Source: Eledone cirrhosa (taxonomy: Eukaryota). Taken from it: 64,000 nt of DNA. The notes under the pieces are model-generated. The model had not been told where the DNA came from and searched no databases. It saw only the letters and a program-made list of their open reading frames with translations. This document shows, piece after piece, positions 25,798 through 39,275 of this stretch (position 1 is its first letter; the number at the start of each line of letters is the position of its first letter). Where the stretch lies: NCBI GenBank assembly GCA_964016885.1, contig OZ024743.1, forward strand, positions 258,354,001 through 258,418,000. Direction: 5' to 3'. A program made the translations under genes and the position numbers.

Positions 25798-27098
25798 CTT
25801 AATAATGAGAAAATTAACCATATTACTAAACCCCTCCAAATTCTTGATTATTGAAAAAAATTTTGAAAATCCTGGGTAACGTTGTTCCTTAGAAATATAG
25901 CAATGAAAAGGTTAACGGTATATATTTATCTAAAATCCTTCCAACATAAGTTTATGTAAAAACCTTTATCTTCTAAAAACCAGCTTAATAGTTAGGAAGA
26001 TTTTCTTTTTTTTTATTACAAACAGTTGAAATGTGTTGAATAACATTCTCAGGAAATGATTAAGGTAAGTAAAAATTATAAAATAATTTACTGATCAGCT
26101 GTAATTAAACTAGGATCAGTATGTAAATATGTACATAACAATCTGTTTGGACATTTGCAAAAATACAAGATATTCTCTGAGTTCTACAGAGCTGCCCAGT
26201 TCACTGCAGGGATTTGCCTGTTTTTTACATTTATACTGATGGAAGTTTCTATGTCAGATGCAGTGGAACTGGGGGCGAGGACAAGGAGGTATGCCCCCTC
26301 TCCCCAATAATTATAGTTTTTTCTCCAAACTACCAAAACACACATCTATTTGTAAATGCACTACAATTTATATACATGTTATGTTTATTGCATATCAAAG
26401 TGTTTTATGTCTTGGTTGATATTTGATAATAACAGTGAAATATATTATGTTAACCTTCATAGTAAAATTTTGTCATGTCATAACTTTTTCTCCGCATATC
26501 ACTATTTGCCAATTGCTAGTATTCAGAGACAGGTTTCACAGGTCATTTTGCTATAATCACTTTATAGTTATTGAAAGCAGTAAATGTAATATGACCTGCT
26601 TGGACTCAAATTGCATATTCTGACCATTTTAGTGTACAGGGCTAAACTAATCACTACAACTAAATTTACCAGATTTGGCACCCCTAATTCAGAAATGCTT
26701 CTACTATCCCTGTATGTATATGTATGTATGTGTATGTATCATACAATATATTACATTTGAGTTGCCATTGTATATTAGCTCAATATTTATGTGTATGTTG
26801 TATATATGTGTATGTAATTAAGACCGTCAATTGCCTTAACCTGAATGTAAATACAACCAGATTAAACCAATGCCAAACACAAATACAAGTGAACATAAGC
26901 CATACATATATAATCGACCTGAAGCACTAAATCCAGACTGCTGAAGGTAGATTTAAACCACGCACAACCTTCAAAGTGTGCTCCCACCTCCTAGTAAACC
27001 ATCCACTAACCTGTGCCAGTTACTGGTATAGGAGTGACAGACATTGTCAGGCTGCAGCTGTCATATTATGTATTTTCTATATAATAATAATCTGTATG

Positions 27099-27131
<33 letters not shown>

Positions 27132-27940
27132 ATCATAATCATCATCATCATTTTTACATCCATTTTCCCACTCTTGCATGTGTTGGACAGGTCTTTTTCG
27201 GCACAGTATCACTCCACTTTCTTGTCACCTTCTCTGTCAGTCTCAGCGATTTGAGGTCAAATCTCAAATCTCTACCCATGTCTTTCTTGGCCTACCTCTA
27301 CTGTGGCTTCCTTCTACTGCCATTTCCTGGCAGTTCTTCACCCATGTGTATCACATGTCTGTATCAACACAGTCTTCTCTCCTGCACACCACTCCAGATA
27401 CCTCTTAAACCAAGCTTCTCCCTCAGTTCATCCAACTCTGCCTTTCTCACACATTTACATTGCACATCCAACAAAGCATGGCTGCTTCATTCCTCTCCAC
27501 TCTACACATGACTTCTGCTGTCACAGCCCATGTTTCACTACCATGCAGCATTGCACTTCGCACACAAGTGTCATACAGTCATCCTTTTGTACATAGGGAG
27601 AAACATTTTCGTGTCAACAGTGGAAGTAGCTCTCTAAACGTCTTCCATCCTATCCTTATTCTAATTATTAGTCTTTTGGAGCACCCTCCTTCACTGCTAA
27701 TTAAGTCACCTAGATAGCAATTTGGCTTGTGTGATCACCTGATTGATATAAAATCAGGTTGCTGACTGGCTAGTTTCCTGTATTTTGTGTTGAAAATGTT
27801 AGTTCATTCATGTCACAGAATTCCAGGAAACTCAGTACACAACACACATCTACTTCTCTTCTCCCTAACAATTCCCCAATTTCACCTAATTTACATTTCA
27901 AGGTGCCAACATTGAGGGTAGCAATCCTGAGATTTTTACC
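27132..27940 (-). mobile_element. Internally deleted RTE LINE
   Basis: APE endonuclease start (LRIATLNVGTLK...RREVDVCCV, ~27815-27935) joined within ~100 bp to post-RT region YLGDLIS.EGGCS...LYDTCVRSAMLHGSETWAV; (GAT)n tail. Confidence 0.7.
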
Positions 27941-28355
27941 TTTACAGTAGCTGTCATTTCCTTGGTTTGAGGCTCAATGTACCTGAAAGGGAAAAAGGCT
28001 GTGTAATTGCTTGATGACAGTCAAGAGGTTCTCACATATGGCTACTCTAGCCACCCTACTACTGTGCTCAGCACTAACATGGCTAGTGTTAGTCCTGTAT
28101 ATGCAATTATTGAGAATCGTATTTGTCGTACTTGTCATATTTTTGGCAGGTTTTTTCTGGATGGATGCCCTTCCTACAAACCACTTTACAGTGTGGACTG
28201 GGTGCATTATTCATGCCACCAGCACTAGAGATGTTGTCTTATTGAACTCAAGAATCCCCTCCTCCTTATATCAGTTGTTCTTTGGGGCGACTATTCTCCC
28301 AGACAGGTTGCCTTCACTACAGTTTTAGAACTATGAATCCATCTTTCTATGTGCT

Positions 28356-28383
<28 letters not shown>

Positions 28384-28387
<4 letters not shown>

Positions 28388-28646
28388 GTTTCCATAGAAA
28401 AGGTAAAGGAAATGAGAGTGCTCTATGTAGGTTACAGAGCTATTTCGTTATGTAATAAAGAACATAAGACAATTATTCCATTTACCAAAGGTTTCACAAA
28501 GATGGACAAGCTCGACACAGACGTCTCAAATCATTCATCAGAATCTTGATTCTGATGAACGATTTCAGACATCTCTCTTCAGCTCGTCTGTCTTCGTGAA
28601 ACCTTTGGTAAATAGAATAATTGTCTTCGGTTGTTTATTACATAAC
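28384..28646 (-). mobile_element. Fold-back mini-element with hammerhead (family of 12710)
   Basis: Arms 28447-28646 centred on ATCAGAATC-TT-GATTCTGAT; plus strand ATT-CTGATGA...GAAACC-TTT-GGTA-AAT; (TA)n flanks. Confidence 0.75.
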
Positions 28647-28648
28647 TG

Positions 28649-28696
<48 letters not shown>

Positions 28697-28699
<3 letters not shown>

Positions 28700-29220
28700 C
28701 GTTTCTGAATTTGTTTAGCATTCTTTACCTGAAATCGTGTGTTGAAACCGATATTGTTATACTTTGGGAGGGTCATGTTGCCAATAAGAAACACACACCA
28801 GTTGCTTTCACTTCAATTTATTATAATAAATTTATAATAACTTTATAAATTTATAAATTTCTGGTTGGTTGGTTGGTTCCACAACCAGATAGTTGTTTAT
28901 ATATAGTCATAGTTCTTTCGTCACACACTCTGTGACCTCTTCAGTGACTGGGGATTCCTTTCTTTGTTTCTGTGCCTCTCCTTTGTTCTGTCCTATGCCA
29001 TTTTGTTTCTGTGTGTGTGTTGTGTGCTCAGTCTGCGCATGCGCCACATCCGGGTGTCTGTGTGTGTTTATGTTCATTTATTTATTTGTTTATTTACATG
29101 TTACTGGTTGGTTGTTTGTTCTATGTGTGTGTGTGTTTTCATTTTCATTTTCATAATAAATTGAAGTGAAAGCAACTGGTGCGTGTGTTTCTTATTGGCA
29201 ACATGACCCTCCCAAAGTAT

Positions 29221-29228
<8 letters not shown>
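28697..29228 (-). mobile_element. PLE pseudo-LTR remnant with ~75-bp terminal inversion
   Basis: 28751-28825 is inverted at 29154-29228; HHR in the spacer; (TA)n flanks. Confidence 0.7.
28905..28949 (-). ncRNA. Minimal type I hammerhead ribozyme
   Basis: AGTCA-CTGAAGA-G-GTCAC-AGAGTGT-GTGAC-GAAA-GAAC-TA-TGACT. Confidence 0.7.
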
Positions 29229-29258
<30 letters not shown>

Positions 29259-29261
<3 letters not shown>

Positions 29262-29445
29262 GTAAAATTCCATTTTAACAAATACCATTATAACAAATTT
29301 TTCAGTATACTGAAATTTTTTTCAATCCTCAAGGTAATAACATGTAAACGCTCATTTTGTTTCAGTCAATCTCGTTATAAAGAATTTTTCATTACAACAA
29401 TTTTTTTTTAATCCCCACGAATTTTGTTATAATGGAATTTCACTT
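29259..29445. mobile_element. pogo/Tigger-like MITE
   Basis: CAGGTAAAATTCCATTTTAAC ... GTTATAATGGAATTTCACTT imperfect TIRs, TA flanks. Confidence 0.6.
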
Positions 29446-29521
29446 TATATATATATATATATATTGCAATATTTTATATATACATTCACAAAAATACAAA
29501 GACGTTATATTGCAATATTTA

Positions 29522-29553
<32 letters not shown>

Positions 29554-29556
<3 letters not shown>

Positions 29557-29820
29557 TGTTGAAGTTTCCGTTGAAAAAGTCAGAGGAATGAAGAGTGCTC
29601 TATGTAAGTTACAGAGCTAAATATTTAATGTATAATAAACAATACAAGGTTTCCAGAATAAGACGGATACAAGAAACGTCCGCATTCGTTTGTCAGACAA
29701 GGCAATTTAAACATAGTGAGATATTTGAAAAATATCCTCAAGAAAGGCTAAAAAAGTTTAAATAAATAAAAGTAATAATTCAAGGAATGTATAAAAAATA
29801 AAAATAAAGAAATATAGTAA
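29554..29820 (-). mobile_element. PLE-type terminus (family of 12710/28384), no fold-back
   Basis: GAAAAAGTCAGAGGAATGAAGAGTGCTCTATGTAAGTTACAGAGC next to (TA)n; degenerate HHR core on the minus strand. Confidence 0.55.
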
Positions 29821-31720
29821 GGGGATGTGTGTAAATGTGTGCATATGCACATACATATGTACATATGTACATGTGTGTGTATATACAACTGCATGTGTAT
29901 AGTGGAAAAAGTATGTACGTAAGTACATACATGATGGCAAATATATTAGTGTATGTGTGACCACAAATACACATATATATATATATATGTTGAAATTAGA
30001 AATTGTAAGATAATGAAGTTAGCGTACATACAGACTCAGGGACTAAGGGCTGAAATATATACACATACAAGGATAAAAGGATGCATGTGTATAAACGTAC
30101 ACACATGTGCAACTACATACATGTATATGATATATACAGGGAGGGGAGTGTATAAAGTCAATGCAGTGTGAGAGGAAGGTCGATACAAATATAAAATATG
30201 ATGAATAAATGAAAAAATATATAAGATAAGAATAAATATTAAGGCAAAGAGAAAGTAAGTGGGAGGGGTTGTAATATATAAAGCAACACTAGAAAAAATG
30301 AATAAAAAGTAGAAAACATGCATACACGCAAACAAGCTCATATATTATATACCAATATATAATGAGTGTTTAGAATTATATGATTTTTTGTTTTATATTC
30401 TGAGCTCAAATTTCACTGATGTCAACTTTTGGTGGTTTGAAAAAATATAAAAATTATATATATATATATATATATATAGGTAATCAATCGTTCCTCGAGC
30501 TGATCAGCAGTGAAACCAATGTAATATGTAATTAAATATTTTAACATTATATATATATATATATACACACACATATATTTATACATGACTCTCTAGTGCC
30601 TAACATTGTCATATAGTTATTGAGATATCTGTGACATGACCACAGCTTATAAAAAATCCATAGGAAGGCTTATATATGTTTATTATACTGGCTTGGATCT
30701 GGTTGCTTCTGATAGGACCTTCTGGAAAGTGTATTTGAGGACTCTGTCTACATGACTCTTAGGAATAAGTGAGTGAAGAAGATTTTAGCAAATGGGTTGT
30801 AAAGTTTCATTTGAACAAGAGAATGTCTTTCTAGGCTTGACTGTTTGATGGATTGATGTATTTATTGGTAGACATCATTATCATCATCATCATTTAACGT
30901 CTATCTTCCACGCTAGCATGTTAAATAAAACTGATCAAACTATAATAATTAGATATGGTTGGCCCAAAGAGACAAACGCAAGAGAGTGGGGGGTCAAATA
31001 AACAAACATACACACAAAAGAAAAACAAAGAAATCTTATTGATGATGATATAGGAAAAGTAAAGTATAGTTTCTGAAAGGTTTCGACCAGAGATGCTGGC
31101 AATGGCTGGATTAGTATGCCTGAGACATCGTTGTTAATTTTGATGAAAGAGACAATGACGGGAAGAATTCTAATTTGAACAGCTTTGAATATAGTCACCC
31201 TCTGATCTACTTGTAATAGATATTTAGAGCAGAAAAGAGACAAGGAGTGTAGAGAAGCAAAATGAAAATCGATGTTGGAAGCAGCAGAAAATCTTAGCAG
31301 ATAAGGTGGGCTATTATAAATTCTTTGTATGTAGTCTACAAGTCTAAGGCCACAAAATTACAACTACTACACACACACAAACACATGCACACAGATCTAA
31401 GTACACACACACAGGTCTTAATCCAACAATTTATCTTTCATCCAAGAACTAAGAGGCCTTCGAGCAGACATTAACACTGTCATTATCTGCTACATGATAA
31501 TGTGTTTGTTTGATTTAAAAGAGGGTGGTTGGTGGGGGCTAGAGTAGAGAGACCAAAGATAGTTTTGTGCTCTGTTCTTAGAATATAGTTATATAACAAA
31601 CCTCTCTCTCTTCCTCTATATAGATATATGCATGTCTACATATATATATAAATATATAAAGGTGTGTATAAATATATATTATGTATATATGTGTGTGTAT
31701 ATATATATATATATATATAA

Positions 31721-31793
<73 letters not shown>

Positions 31794-31796
31794 GCA

Positions 31797-31829
<33 letters not shown>

Positions 31830-31939
31830 TATGCATATATGTGTGTATATATATATAAGGGTGTGTGTATATATATATATGTGTGTGTATATATACATGC
31901 ATAAATACATATCTATATATATACATGCATAAATACATA

Positions 31940-32308
31940 TCTTCATCATCTTTGCGACCACAGTTGAACATTTCTAACAAAGTCTCTCCACCATTTGCAA
32001 TTTTCTATTGCTCCAGGCAACTGTTCCCTACTGAGGTTTGTATCGTCTGAGAGTTGATTGATGAAGGTTTGAGCAGGTCTTCTACTGCATGTCCCATAAG
32101 TTCCCATAATAATAGTTTGTGTATAACTTCCTGCTTACTTCTCCAGCAATGTCTGGTAAATCGTAACCATCTTTGAGTAATTGTATTTGTTATCTTGGGC
32201 AAGTTTCCGTATAAATTTTCATTTTCTTTTTTTTTGTAATACATTGACACCAGTTTTTGTTTTGTACAGTCCTAAACATTCTAGTGCATGTACCATCTAG
32301 TTTCTTCT
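31940..32308 (-). mobile_element. RTE-group LINE 3' fragment
   Basis: KKLDGTCTRM...LYGNLPKIT..I.QR.LRF..HCWRSKQE.IHKLLLW. Confidence 0.75.
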
Positions 32309-32405
32309 TATATATATATATATAATAGATAGAGAGATAGAAGGAAATGGATCATCTGGAGATGGTTGCTTCTGACAGGGCCCTCTGTAGCCTCTGCTCA
32401 CACGA

Positions 32406-32478
<73 letters not shown>

Positions 32479-33522
32479 CCTCTCTCTAAGGAGAAGAAGA
32501 AAAGATATGAAAGAACAAGTAACAGAGGATTATTAAAAGAGAATATTGACAGATAGATAGATAGATTGATAACTATGGAGATAAATCGATGAATAGATTG
32601 AGAGATAGTTATGCAAATAGATAGAAAGGAGGATAGATGGATAGCTAATTAGGTAGATAGAAAGCAAGATAGATAGATAGAGAAAAACAGACTTATAGTG
32701 AGAGTTTCATTGATATCATAAATTCGTCTAGCCAGATAGGATGAAAATTTCAAAGAATTCCAAAGAAAGCAAAATGACTTGCAAGAATTAGTGTGTGGGG
32801 GGAGGGGAGAGATATAAGAATAGCATGAATGTTTAACAGGAACAATTGAAAGACATTAACTGCAGTGATATGCTTCAGTGGTTTCAGACAAGCGGCTTGT
32901 CACCTTGCAACATTTGTGCAGCAGAGACAGCTACAGAAGCAGATAATGACAGAAAAACTTACAGACTGTTACTGTATTTAAGAATCTTTATATGTCGCCA
33001 TTACTTCCTCCAAAATACATCTCCATTTTAAATGGGCTGAAGAAAGAAAGTCGTTTCAACAATAAAGAAAAACAAGGATAAAAAAATAAAATAGAATATA
33101 AGAACATTTAAGAATTTGGTGGTGGGAGAGAGAGAAAAACGTTCTTATAATGAAACTCTCTCTGAGTCTTTGAATAGAAAGTTCTAGAAAAGAATTGCAA
33201 GAGCTGATTTCTTCTCCAATTCTTTAAAAACTTGACATTTTCTTGTATTTTTTTCTGCATTCTTTGTTCTCTTTTACACTTATTCACTCAAACCATTCTG
33301 ACTTTTTATTGGATGATTGAAAACCTTCCTTCTATCTCTAAAATTTCTTTCTCTGTTTGTCTACCTCCGTCTTTCTCTTCCAGTCTGATTCTCTCTCTTG
33401 GTCTCTCTGTTTATCTTTCTCCCTAAGTTACTCTCTATCTAATTGTCTCTTCCAATGGTCACTCTCTCTCTCTCTCCGTCCCTCAGTGACTCTCTATCTA
33501 ACTGCCTCCCTTACTCTCTCTC

Positions 33523-33561
<39 letters not shown>

Positions 33562-34559
33562 CACTCTCTTTAACTGTCTCTCTCCATCAGTCTGTCTCAT
33601 GCTCTCTTCCTCTTTCCCTGCATCCCCCATCCTCTTACCCTATCATTCATTAATATTTTCCTTCTTCTTCATCCTGCACTGCACACACACACACACATAC
33701 ACATATATAATCAGCACCCCTTATTGTCTATTTACATGCTTGCATGGATTAGATAGGCTGTCACATATTGAGGTCAGGCTGGTCAGGTGACTATGTCTTG
33801 CCTGTATGCTCCATTTTCCATATGGTTTCTATGTAAACCATCTTACACCATGTACAAGAAGCATGTTATCATGATTTCAGCACTAACACCTTACAGGGGG
33901 GAGTGGGGGGCTTTTTGTCATGGCACTAGTACTTCCAATATACAGTATAGACTGGTTGCTTTTCATTGTGGCAACAACACTATCACCTGAACGTGCTTCT
34001 TATAATGTACTAGCACTACCTCATTACAACTTAAGAGTACTCAGTATGTCTGTCATGGGTTGGATAGGTTGTTAAAGATTAAATCAGTAATTAATTTGGA
34101 GCTATTGTCCTCCTTGATGATATTGGATGGTGAGAAGGTCAATATTTCACTCAAATACATTCTAATTTGGCATAATTTCTATGGCTGGATGCTCTTTCTG
34201 GGTTCATTTTATCATGGCACCAGCAAGAAAGAGAGGTTGTATTGTCTTTGATGCAACTGAAAAGTCCATTCTAACCAATGTTGTTATCATTAAAATGGCT
34301 CGGTTTGGGCAGTCATCATGCTCTGAGACAAGCATGGCCACCTTATTCCAAGAAAGCATGAGAGATGGCGGTAGGGAGTGGGAGTAGATATAGGGGACTG
34401 TTTACTTCCATTTTTCCATGCTAACATGGGTTAGACAAGTTGTCCTGTTGTTAGCAATGCTAGGTCAGGTGACCATGTCTTGCTCATATATATGAAAGTA
34501 CAAATGTCTATGAATGAATTCCCATTATTTATTACATACATACATATTTTTATATGATT

Positions 34560-36013
34560 ACATGTTCCTAGATAGTTAAATATATTAGAAAAGCAACTAT
34601 ATATATATATTGTTATATTTGGAGATGGTCGTTTTGCCAATTGAACACATGCACCATATAACTCTCCCTTTATCTTTATTCTTCAGTCAAAGTTCTTTCG
34701 TCACAATCTGAGACATACCTCTTGACTATCAATGTTTTGTGCCTCTTTTCTGGTCTTACATTTCTATTTCATTTTGTTGTTATGCCATTATTTTGTTTTG
34801 TGGTGCATTTTTCTTGTTTTGTGTTTGTGCATACATTTGCATCTGTGCTTTCATCTTTGTGTGTGTATGTGTTTTTGTGTTTGTCATGTCTATGTCCATT
34901 TTAAGTGTGTGTGGGTTTTTATTGTTACCTGTTTTGCTGTTTGTGTCATTTTTTTCTTCTCTCTCTTTTTTTATTCTATCTTCAGTCGTTAACTTGCTGG
35001 CCATTACTATTCCACTCATGTTTTTTGTTCAGGCTAGGTCTATTTTCTATTATGTGGGTGGCCTCAGTATTTTCTCTGAGTGTTGCATCCATTCTAAGTG
35101 TGGATAGGATCTTTATTTCTATGTTATCTATTGAGACTCAATGTTCTAATTTGGCATGTTAGTATAGTACTGATGAGCTTTTCTCTTCCTTAAGTTCTCA
35201 CCAGTGTTCCTTTATTCTCTGTCTTCTATGCTATGAGTGGGCTTTTAATACAGACTATACAGTTTCTATCAGATCAGTATGGGGGGGGGGGGGTTAAAGA
35301 GGTATGTCCTACTGATCTGGGATTTTATAGTAGCTCCTGATTTTTCTACTACTTTAATTTTAAGGTTCAATTTATCTAAATCTCTTTGAAAGCAATATGC
35401 TAGTTTGCTTATAGGGGTAGCATCGATGAACATGACACTGGTATTTTTGGCTGTCATACCAAAAAAGTTGGCCACCCTTATCCTTTTTCCTAGTCCTTTC
35501 TATGATATTCCATGTTTTGCTTCTGTATAGTGGGCAAATCCTCTACATATCATTCTCTAATATGGTTCTAAATTTAGTCATGGCTCCTTTGTATACCCTG
35601 ATCTTGTCTCTTTGGTTAAAACCAGAGAACTACATGCAGTGGCTGAAGTGTGGTATGTGTCTTTTTAATTCTGTTGGAACACACATGCAGGGCACATTTC
35701 TCATCACTCTTACCCGGTCCACTTTCAAGATATTGAACTTAGCCCTATTTGACACAGCCGAGTTCCGGTGGATGAAGTACTTGGGGACCATGGGTTTGCT
35801 ATAATGTGAGTCGAGTATTTTGGTTTTAACGTTCTTAATTTCCATCCAGAATTCAGCATCCAACATAGGTAATCAATGGTCGGGGTACTTAGTGGGGTGG
35901 TCTATTGTTACTTTAATGCTCTGGTGGATGGAGTTAGCTATTTGCTGGATACTTTCCACAGTGCTAGCTTCTAGTTCTGGTTCATCAGTACTCTCCTGTA
36001 GGGTGGTTTTAAC

Positions 36014-36016
<3 letters not shown>
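34560..36016 (-). mobile_element. Degenerate 5'-truncated Penelope-like element (RT C-terminus, linker, partial GIY-YIG, 3' UTR)
   Basis: LPMLD..W, HYSKPM, SAVS...K.NIL..D..RVMRN, VMFIDATP, IKVVEKSG.TIK; then RIKEH, EA..I..P.LNKKHEW; degenerate copy of the 28905 HHR at ~34684-34725; truncated at (TA)n. Confidence 0.75.
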
Positions 36017-36061
<45 letters not shown>

Positions 36062-38874
36062 TAGTAATAGTTTGGTAAAGATATCTAAGGTATAGAGCAA
36101 CTCAAGTCTGTAAGATGTGTTTTAATATAATTATAATTATTAATGTCAGTTACTAAAACAGTGCCATACCAAGGACATACATTTTGTTGGGCTGGAAAGC
36201 CAACTTGTTCACCATGTGCCGATGGGAATGCACCAGAAAATGTTTACTCAAAAAGAAAATAATAAAAACAAGGAGAGCTCTAACAAGGGAAGGCGATGAG
36301 GTTAGGGGAAATATAATTTGTCTAGTGGAGACAATTTGACTGGGTTAATGTTATCTCAGTGGGAAATAACCCCTAGGTTATAAAAAATTTAGAGGGAGCT
36401 AGAAAATAAAGTAAAATAAATATGATTTTGGGGGAAAAGCTAAAAGTCAAAAGCTAAAAGCTAAAATCCTAAGTAGGCCATAGCAACAATAGACCTCTTA
36501 ACACTCAGATAGAATTCTTCTTGCGATGCCCCCATATTTCTAAACATCTTTTAAAGAACTGACCTTCTGGGTGTGCATTATTGCTTCTGTGTGTCTGTGA
36601 GTTTTGTGTACTTTTATGTGTGTGTATACACGTGTGTATCTGTGGGTTCATGTGTGTGGGGTTTTTCTGTGTGTGTATTTTTTTGTGTGTGGGGGGTTTT
36701 TGTGTGTGTGGGTTTTTTTTGTACGTATGTGTACGTTTATATGTAAACTTTTATGTATATTTGTATATGTGTATGCGCATGTATGTGTATGTCTTTTTTG
36801 TGTGAGTGTATATGTATATGTATATGTATATGTGTGAGTATGAATATGTATAATGTTGTGTGTGCCTGTGACTTTTTTGTATTGTTTGTATGTGCATGTG
36901 TACATTTGTGTGTGTGTACACGTGTATGTCTGTGAATTCTTTTGTGTGCATGTGTGTTCACATAAGTGTGAGTGTATCTTTATATATGGGCATGTGTACA
37001 TGTCTATGTATGAGCGTGTGTATGTGTATGCAAATATGCACATGTATCTGAAATTTTTATGATTTTTTTATGTGTATGATGTGTGTGTCAGGGGATTCAA
37101 ATACACTCTCACTTCATCTCAATCAGAGACAACACACACACACGTGTGTGTGTGTGTGGAACAGTAAAAATATGTAAACATTCCAAAAATGTTGCATCTA
37201 ATAACTGCATATACACATGTACAGATACAAAGCATATACACATGCACACATACAACTCAAAACATACACATACATACATACAATAACATATCCACACATG
37301 CATACATACATATCTACCTTGTTGATGTTGTGTAAATTCCAATGAGAGAGTCTTGTGTCTATGTTAGAAACCGACTCTCTCTTTATTGGTAAAAATTTGT
37401 GAAATTATAAAACCAGAAGAACATACATACATGCGGACATACATACATACATACATACATACATGCGGACATACATGCTAATTTGCCTGATGAAACCATG
37501 AAAAATTGAAATCTTGTATTGTCTTCTCAACTTTGCTTATATTATTCATTTTACTCTATACCTAGCATTCAGTTCGTTATAGCTGTTGTTTGTTTTCACT
37601 TCAGGGCAAGTATTACAATCTATACATACATACATACATATGCACACACACATATATAGACACATACATATACATATACTAATTTATCATTAATTATTTA
37701 ATCATTAGTATCACAGCGTTTTGTCTTCATGCTGCGATCTGGTCACTGATCTCTGTATCACTTTTGTCTACATTTCAAACACTTTCTTATTAGTTTTTCG
37801 TGAGGCTATATATATATATATTCTTCTGTTTAGGAGTGTGTTGTTTTTTTTGTGGTAAAATAGATGTGTATGTGTTGATGGTATTATGTATGTAAATGTG
37901 TCTTTCACTGTAGTATGGTGTTTATGTTTGTGTAAATTATCTTACAAGATAGATGTGTCTATACATGAGTGTAGATATGTAGGTTCTCTTATGTTTGTGT
38001 TTGTTTTTTCTCTATGGCTGTATGAGTATGAAGTATTAGTGAATTATGGCTAGGTGTGTTGGTAGTGGAGTGTGGTTCTAAGTAGTCGAGTGTTTGTAGG
38101 TAGTAATGGTTTATTGCTGCGTATGTTGTTAGTTGAGTATGACTGTGTGTCTTGTTAGTTGAATGTGGCTGCATGTGTTGTTAGTTGAGTGTGGCTATGA
38201 GTATTAGTGTGTGGTTGTGTCTGCTTTGTGGTGGGAGGATGGGATGAAATTTGATTGATATTTAGCTACTATATCTAGCAGACTTACCCATTATTAACAT
38301 ATGATAGGCATCAGTAGGAATAATCGGTAGATTATCATTCAAAATATCACTCTCTATTCTGTATTTAGTTAATATATTCCATCTTAGAATCTTGTTGGAG
38401 ACGTCTTTCATTTCCATCCATGGGATTTGGTGAGGGGGATTGAATGACTTCAACAAGTAAATAGGTATCATTTTAATTGAGAATGTTTACCCATCTCTTA
38501 CAGACTGGAGTTTTCTTTGTGCAAAGTCCAAAGGAAACATTATTATTATTATTGTTATTGTTAATTATAATGACAAGGGATTGAGCAGAATTGAATAAAA
38601 TTTTCCTATAAGTATAGTTAGTCAGTAAGTATTGTTTCGCAATAGTTTAGCAATTGTTATGGTTAGAGTTAGAAGCAATTAAAATAGTAAACAATGATAG
38701 AGATGATGATGATGAGGATGATGATGATAGTATGGAGACAGGAATGCTGGCCATACTTTATGATGAAGAGAAAGGAAGAAAGTTTAGCATAAATGTTGAA
38801 TTAATGTTTATAAATTAAATCTCATCCATAGGGTTAGCTGTGATGATTTCACCAGAGTATACATGGCGTAGGCA

Positions 38875-39275
38875 TAAATGTTGAATTACCTGTGCAGAGA
38901 GGATTGAGGAGGCACAGGAGAGAAAGAGAGCAAAGTACCAGGAGTTTATGGAGGACTGCCACAAAAACAGGTGACGGTTCAGGTACATGTCAGTTGAAAT
39001 TAGCAGCCACGAGTTTGCAGCTTCTTCTCTTTGGAAAGCCTATGAAACTCAGGGTATTATGTAAGCAAGCAAAATGAGAGCTGCAAAAAACAATGTGGAA
39101 GGAGCAGAGAGGGCATTTAGATGGACATAACTCCATTGGGGTTAGTTGTATATATACCACTTAAACACAGACTGTGGCCTGATCAAATTTAGTTGGTTAT
39201 TCTCGATGAGGTGATGCTGTAAGACACAAAGCACAGAGTGACTCCAGGATACAACACTGATGACGTGTCCAGGGA
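38875..39275 (+). mobile_element. 3' end of RLE-type (Hero/NeSL-like) non-LTR retrotransposon
   Basis: VEL.V...EEAQERKRAKYQE..EDC...VEI.S..FA..SL.KAY...AERA.RW. Confidence 0.65.

Noticed and set aside
26261-26712. Possible hAT MITE (CAGTGG... / ...CCCTG)
   Set aside because: TIR match is poor and no 8-bp TSD.
30935-31243. 102-aa minus-strand ORF in non-repetitive sequence
   Set aside because: No recognisable domain or convincing splice context.
32963-33036. Possible minus-strand exon (TTCTTTCTTCAG acceptor, GTAAGT donor)
   Set aside because: Stops in all three frames; could be a UTR exon but unsupported without RNA data.
37484-37525. CTGATGA...GAAA hammerhead candidate
   Set aside because: Stems I and III could not be convincingly paired.
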